The position numbers and the translations under genes are program-made. From Candidatus Multivoradales bacterium (GTDB lineage Bacteria; Acidobacteriota; Thermoanaerobaculia; Multivoradales; J023), in assembly GCA_965248925.1 (NCBI GenBank), contig CBDFLE010000006.1, forward strand, positions 4,576,001-4,640,000: a stretch of DNA of 64,000 nucleotides, read 5' to 3'. The notes beneath the pieces were generated by a model. That model saw only the letters and a program-made list of their open reading frames with translations, did not search any database and had not been told where the DNA came from. Shown piece by piece: positions 59,614 to 64,000 of this stretch. Every line of letters starts with the position of its first letter. Position 1 is the stretch's first letter.

Positions 59614-62007
59614 TCAAATGTCCGGTTGAGCCTCTCCGGAGGTGTTCCGAGGCCCTGGGAAGGCCAGGCTCCGGGGTGGCGCCTTCTTGATCGCGAACCG
59701 CATCCGTAGCTCGGTGCCGGGGAAGTGGGTGGCGGTAGCGTTGAGTTCTTCGCAGACGGCGGCGATCGCCGCCGTCTTGTGGGGAGAGCTGAGCGGGTCG
59801 ATGGAAAGGAGCAGCACGGTGTCGGTAACCTCCATATCGCCGCCGGCCGCGAAAGCGCTTTGGATCAGGGTGCGTCCCTCCTGCTCGGTGCGGCGGTAGT
59901 GGGGTGATAGGAGCCGGAGAAGATCACCTTCGGCCTGGTAGGCGACCATCTTGAGAATATCGGTGAGGTGCTTGCGCTCGACGGACAGCTTGATGACATC
60001 CGCTTCGACGACCTCTTGGACGGGGACGCGGACGGGGAGGGTCGCGCGCTGGTTCTCGAGTTCGGTGATCTGCTCTATCGCTGCCCGGACCCTGGCGGAG
60101 ATGGCGGCGTTGGCGATCTTGAATCCGCGCATCGTGCGCCGCCGATCCTCGCGGTTTTCAAGAGCAGCGATCCCGATGTGGGCCCGGAGCTGCTCGAGAT
60201 GTGCGTGAGCTTTGCGCAGCTCTGCATTGATCTTGCCGCGCTCGGGATTCGGCACATCGCGGGCGGCGTCCGCTGGCTCGGTGCCATAGTCCACCAGGGC
60301 ATCGAGTGCGAATTCTTCGCGCAGGTATTTGAAGAAGTTCTCTTGCCTCCAACGATCGAACATGCGGTAGGCGACCTCGAGTGTGGAGAGGTCGCGGCGG
60401 GAGGTGATGATGGACGTCTGGTGGCCGTTGTCGCAGAGGCGGGTGACCTGGCGCAGGTACAGCCGCTTGCGCTTCTTCCTCGGGCCATACTCGAGGTAGA
60501 TACGCTGATCGGCGAGGAGGTACTCGAGCTTCCGCCCGTGGATCGTGTCCTTGATCTGCCCGAACTTGCTCAACGGCACCGGACGAAAGGGGGCCTTTCG
60601 GTATGTGAGGATGTCGAACTTCTTGGCGATGAGCTTCGCAAACAGCTTCGGGCTCCAACCCCCACGGTCGAAGACGACGGTGACTCGCCGGTCTCCGAGT
60701 AGCTTTCGTACCTCTTCGAGAATGAGGGGAAGCATCGTCGCAAGCCCCTTGTTGGCCTCGGTGGGGACCACGAAGAGAGGCTCGCTCTCAGCATCGTTGA
60801 CCCAGTAGTCGGTGGTGGCCGGCATCGCGATCCGCATCCGCGCTACGTGTGTCTTGGGAATCTCTCGGCCACCGTGGTAGGCGCGCACATGCCCGTCCAC
60901 GTAGAGGAAGCCCATGGCATGGCCCCTGGTGGCGACCCGGCGCTGAGCGAGGGCGCGACCGAGATCCGCGGCCAGGCCATGCGCGGCCAGCCGAGCGAGC
61001 TTGTTGCGCAAGGTTTTCACTTCCGGCGCTCGGTCGAGCCCGAGAAGCTGACCCAAATGCCGGGGTGAGCGCTCCTTGAGCCCTTCGGGTCGCTTGACCC
61101 GCAACAGTGCCATCAGCAGCAGGGTTACCAGAGTGGTGCGCAGCCCATAGAAGGCCGGCCCGATGCTGCCGTACAGCTCCTGCGCGATGGAGAGCACGCC
61201 GCTGTCCACCAGGGCGGGAATCGCCAGCAGAGCACCGGCGCCCGGTAGCTGGGTCGCCGCTCCGAAGATCGGCGCCGCATCATCGAGGAATCCCAGCCTC
61301 GCCAGCAGCCGATCGCTGGCGCGATCCGCTGGATCGAGGTCCAGCGAGAGGGGAACCTGATCTTGCTCGGACGCAGAAGCGGACAGTTTTGGGTCCGCAG
61401 CCGCTGGGTCACCGCCACCCTCAGCGTCGAGCGCAAGATCCGCAGTTTTCAGGGGGCCGTCGACCTGCTGCTCATCAGAGGCGGACAGTTTTGGGTCCGC
61501 ACTCTCGAAGGGCATCGTCATCTGCACTACCGACCGCTCTTTCCAGCCCAGGCGCTTGGCGAGCTTGCGAACGGCCTTCTCATCGATGCCCAGCCGCCGG
61601 CCAATCTCGCGATTCGACACACCCTCGGCCTTCCAGCCGTTGACCGCGTCCAGGCGGCCCTGCGCTACCCGAGACTGACCCCGGGGAAAACCGCGCGGCC
61701 GGCCCAGAGCAGCCAGCCCACCTTCTTCGAAGCGGCGCTGATTCCGGCGCACAGTCCGCACATCACAAGCGAACGCAAGGGCCACCTCGCGTTGCTGTGC
61801 CCAGCCCAATTCAACGAGACTCACCATCGCGTGGGCCTCGCCTGTCCTGTCGCCGGCAGCGAAGTGAGCGAGCGGCATGCCGCTGACCACCACCACCCGA
61901 TAGCCGCCCCTCTGCTGGAGGCGGCAGCGGTCGTTGATCACCACAACCCCATCGGGGACCCCGGCGTGGTCTGGGAACAGGACGGTGTGCTCGCTCGTCA
62001 GTGCCAT
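59614..62007 (-). CDS. Large DDE transposase with two N-terminal HTH motifs
   Basis: QREVALAF...RTVRR and SNREIGRRLGIDEKAVRK HTHs; YVDGH, VFDRGG and RWRQENFFK (YREK-like) catalytic motifs. Confidence 0.88.
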   Translation of the reverse strand: MALTSEHTVLFPDHAGVPDGVVVINDRCRLQQRGGYRVVVVSGMPLAHFAAGDRTGEAHAMVSLVELGWAQQREVALAFACDVRTVRRNQRRFEEGGLAALGRPRGFPRGQSRVAQGRLDAVNGWKAEGVSNREIGRRLGIDEKAVRKLAKRLGWKERSVVQMTMPFESADPKLSASDEQQVDGPLKTADLALDAEGGGDPAAADPKLSASASEQDQVPLSLDLDPADRASDRLLARLGFLDDAAPIFGAATQLPGAGALLAIPALVDSGVLSIAQELYGSIGPAFYGLRTTLVTLLLMALLRVKRPEGLKERSPRHLGQLLGLDRAPEVKTLRNKLARLAAHGLAADLGRALAQRRVATRGHAMGFLYVDGHVRAYHGGREIPKTHVARMRIAMPATTDYWVNDAESEPLFVVPTEANKGLATMLPLILEEVRKLLGDRRVTVVFDRGGWSPKLFAKLIAKKFDILTYRKAPFRPVPLSKFGQIKDTIHGRKLEYLLADQRIYLEYGPRKKRKRLYLRQVTRLCDNGHQTSIITSRRDLSTLEVAYRMFDRWRQENFFKYLREEFALDALVDYGTEPADAARDVPNPERGKINAELRKAHAHLEQLRAHIGIAALENREDRRRTMRGFKIANAAISARVRAAIEQITELENQRATLPVRVPVQEVVEADVIKLSVERKHLTDILKMVAYQAEGDLLRLLSPHYRRTEQEGRTLIQSAFAAGGDMEVTDTVLLLSIDPLSSPHKTAAIAAVCEELNATATHFPGTELRMRFAIKKAPPRSLAFPGPRNTSGEAQPDI

Positions 62008-62056
62008 GCTCGATCATGCCTCGGCACCGAAAAAAGCGGACAGTTTTGGGTCCGCA
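61379..62056. repeat. Three identical 21-bp hairpin repeats GCGGACAGTTTTGGGTCCGCA
   Basis: Exact copies at 61379-61399, 61481-61501 and 62036-62056. Confidence 0.95.
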
Positions 62057-62413
62057 CCACCTCTGAGGGGCGGTCCTGTGTTTTCAGAGGGTTAGGAGGG
62101 GTAGGTCAGGAGGTCTGGACTCTGACCTGCTCCAGACTACGGAGCCGAGAGGATTCCTGTACTAGTTCAGCGGAAATGCGACTCTTGGGTTCATCGAGTT
62201 ACGCACTCATTCGAGGCAAAGCAAGGGCAGAATGGGACAAGGCATCAGGTAGGCGAAGAGTTTGTCGCCGCAGTTGGCACAAGTCTCTACCCGCCAGTTG
62301 CATAGAAAACTCGCTCAATCTGGTGTAAACGACTGAAGGCCAGCTGCTTACCGCAGAAACCGCCCTGTCGGTCAACTTCACCGCCAGTGAGGTTATCCAA
62401 CACCTTGTTGGAA

Positions 62414-62745
62414 CCTCTAGTAAACGTAAAACGGCAGCCTTCATAGGGTATAATTTGTGAAACAACAAAAACACACAAATTACCCACAGCGGGCCGCCGA
62501 CATGAAGCTTACCAGAAAACAGGTCCAGTGCCGAATCAGAACTCTTCCCCAGCTTCAGTTCGCTGATCAGAAGCTCACCTTGTTCTCGGGACTCATGCTA
62601 TTTCAGAGCTTGTTTCAAGAGCTTGACCTCCGGGATCGACTCCGCACTTGTTTTCGCCATGTCGCAGCGAAACCCACCTACGATCGAGCCCTTTTGGTTC
62701 TCAGCCTGATCGTTCATATCTTGATGGGATACAGGAAGTTGCAGA
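62414..62745 (+). pseudogene. Truncated IS1380-family element (left end plus transposase N-terminus)
   Basis: CC-initiated end CCTCTAGTAAACGTAAAAC, TATAAT, then ATG 62502 MKLTRKQVQCRIRTLPQLQFADQKLTLFSGLMLFQSLF...HILMGYRKL; similarity stops at about 62745. Confidence 0.7.
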
Positions 62746-63707
62746 AAAACCAACCCTTCTTCCTCTGTTCCGAGAGCGACACAGGAGATCTCTTCAGTTT
62801 CAAGATCAACCCGGTACTCCATGAGCTGCTGCCGAGTAGCTATCCTGATAACTGCATGCAAGACTCCGTCTTCTACAAAGACTGCAATAACTCTGGGAAA
62901 CTCGTCCCACTCCTCAATGTCACAACCATCAGAAGCAGGCCAGTAGGTAACGTCGGCGTCTCGTGTCACCCTCCCTAGGAAAATTCTTGGTGCGTTGTCT
63001 CGGTAGCTTGCAAAGAAAACTGACTGATGGTCTGGTGCCGCCACGAGAGAAAGTAACTGTTCGTCAGGATGCTCGACCAGTAGACGGTTCTCTGTCGCTC
63101 CATCTCCAGAGAACAGGATCAAGCTAGCGCGTGGCTCTTGCGGCATTTGGAAGATGGTGACGAAAGAGTCGCCGAGAGCAGCATAGAGGAGCGACGCCGA
63201 GCCCTTCCGCCATCGATTTTCCCTAGATGGTTTGCTCCAGGTAGCCCTTCGCTTTCCATCCTGTACTCGACAAACTTTCAGCACCTTCGCCAGCCTGGAG
63301 ACTGTGAAGAAAGTCTCGCCTTCTCCTGTAACAAAAAAGCCCGAGACAATTCCGCCCTTCGGCACTCTGCTGCTCCATCCAGTCAAATCTCCGGACCTTG
63401 GATCGAAGCGGAATATCTTCTCGCCGCGCCCGACAAACCACAGCTCGGTTCCGGCCCACCCTAGTGATCTACCCTCCCCCGAGAACAGCGAGTTGCCTGA
63501 ATTACACTCCCGGATTTCAATATTCCTATACGGACTGTGCCGGTCTACCACTCCCCCCATCTCCTCGACAGGGGAAAACGCGCCCCACTTGAGGTCCGTT
63601 GAGAGTTTCAACCGTTCAACACCCACCAGATCTGAGCCACAGATCGACCCATCGACAAGATGAGCTGTTAGAGGCAAAAACGCGGTCAATATGACAAAGA
63701 GAATCAT
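62598..63707 (-). CDS. Hypothetical exported beta-rich protein, 3' end fused to the IS remnant
   Basis: GAGG SD, signal-like N-terminus, lower GC; the last ~50 codons are antisense to the IS1380 fragment. Confidence 0.5.
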   Translation of the reverse strand: MILFVILTAFLPLTAHLVDGSICGSDLVGVERLKLSTDLKWGAFSPVEEMGGVVDRHSPYRNIEIRECNSGNSLFSGEGRSLGWAGTELWFVGRGEKIFRFDPRSGDLTGWSSRVPKGGIVSGFFVTGEGETFFTVSRLAKVLKVCRVQDGKRRATWSKPSRENRWRKGSASLLYAALGDSFVTIFQMPQEPRASLILFSGDGATENRLLVEHPDEQLLSLVAAPDHQSVFFASYRDNAPRIFLGRVTRDADVTYWPASDGCDIEEWDEFPRVIAVFVEDGVLHAVIRIATRQQLMEYRVDLETEEISCVALGTEEEGLVFLQLPVSHQDMNDQAENQKGSIVGGFRCDMAKTSAESIPEVKLLKQALK

Positions 63708-63718
63708 TCCTCATCCTC

Positions 63719-64000
63719 CTAGGGTCGATGGGCCTTGAGCTTGTTAGCGATCATCTTGATCTGGAAGTGCTGTGGGATGATCCTCTGGGATTTCTTCGGC
63801 AGGTTGCTGTAGCCAGGTACCAGAGACAGGTGTTTTGCGAGATTCTGAGATTTGGCATAGGCACTGATATCGCCGGTGGCCCCTCTTAGTCCCCCTGATC
63901 GTTGCATTGGTGATGAAACCGTGATGGCAGCCCTGAAGGCCCGGACCTCGTCATGAATATCTAGCACGAACGGAGCCCACCGAGACCCAGTGTCTAAGAA
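63719..64000 (-). CDS. C-terminal part of a hypothetical protein entering from beyond the right edge
   Basis: Frame is open to the window edge and stops 11 nt before the next ATG. Confidence 0.4.
   Translation of the reverse strand, partial: FLDTGSRWAPFVLDIHDEVRAFRAAITVSSPMQRSGGLRGATGDISAYAKSQNLAKHLSLVPGYSNLPKKSQRIIPQHFQIKMIANKLKAHRP

Larger units (their letters stand above)
59589..62117 (-). mobile_element. Complete 2529-bp insertion sequence (IS4-superfamily-like DDE)
   Basis: TIRs CAGAACTCCTGACATACCC (59589-59607) and reverse complement CAGACCTCCTGACCTACCC (62099-62117), 17/19; flanking GACTC direct repeat at 59584-59588 and 62118-62122. Confidence 0.9.

Noticed and set aside
61379-62056. 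CRISPR interpretation of the 21-bp hairpin repeats
   Set aside because: Spacings of 102 and 555 bp, two copies are in-frame coding sequence, and no cas genes are present.

Overview
GC-rich bacterial chromosome segment, most likely Acidobacteriota and probably class Thermoanaerobaculia. This is inferred from three acidobacterial VWFA-type proteins, an Oar-like TonB-dependent receptor, a TPR/FG-GAP/ASPIC protein and lineage-typical C-terminal domains. The backbone is housekeeping: kdsB (cut by the left edge), lolA, purH, ligA, the tRNA-Met/tilS/ftsH/folP/cdaA/cdaR/glmM/pdxJ cluster, sodA, tRNA-Phe/Val/Asp, rpmG (missed by the ORF track), ctpA, tatA/tatC and polA, plus many secreted or envelope proteins. 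The accessory parts are: (i) a lower-GC two-gene cassette (DUF5131 radical-SAM-like protein + TcmP methyltransferase-like protein) with its own promoter, next to a dead hicBA locus, which is the best candidate for an uncharacterised DNA-modification or defence system; (ii) an intact 2.5-kb IS with 19-bp TIRs, a 5-bp target duplication and three identical internal 21-bp hairpin repeats, two of them inside the transposase CDS; (iii) a large adhesin with 8 putative isopeptide-crosslinked repeats beside tRNA-Phe; (iv) TA modules, pseudogenes and an IS1380 remnant. Across the window, many genes have a -10 hexamer 5-8 nt before the start codon and no SD, suggesting leaderless mRNAs. All family calls come from motif recognition by eye, and GC statements are visual estimates.
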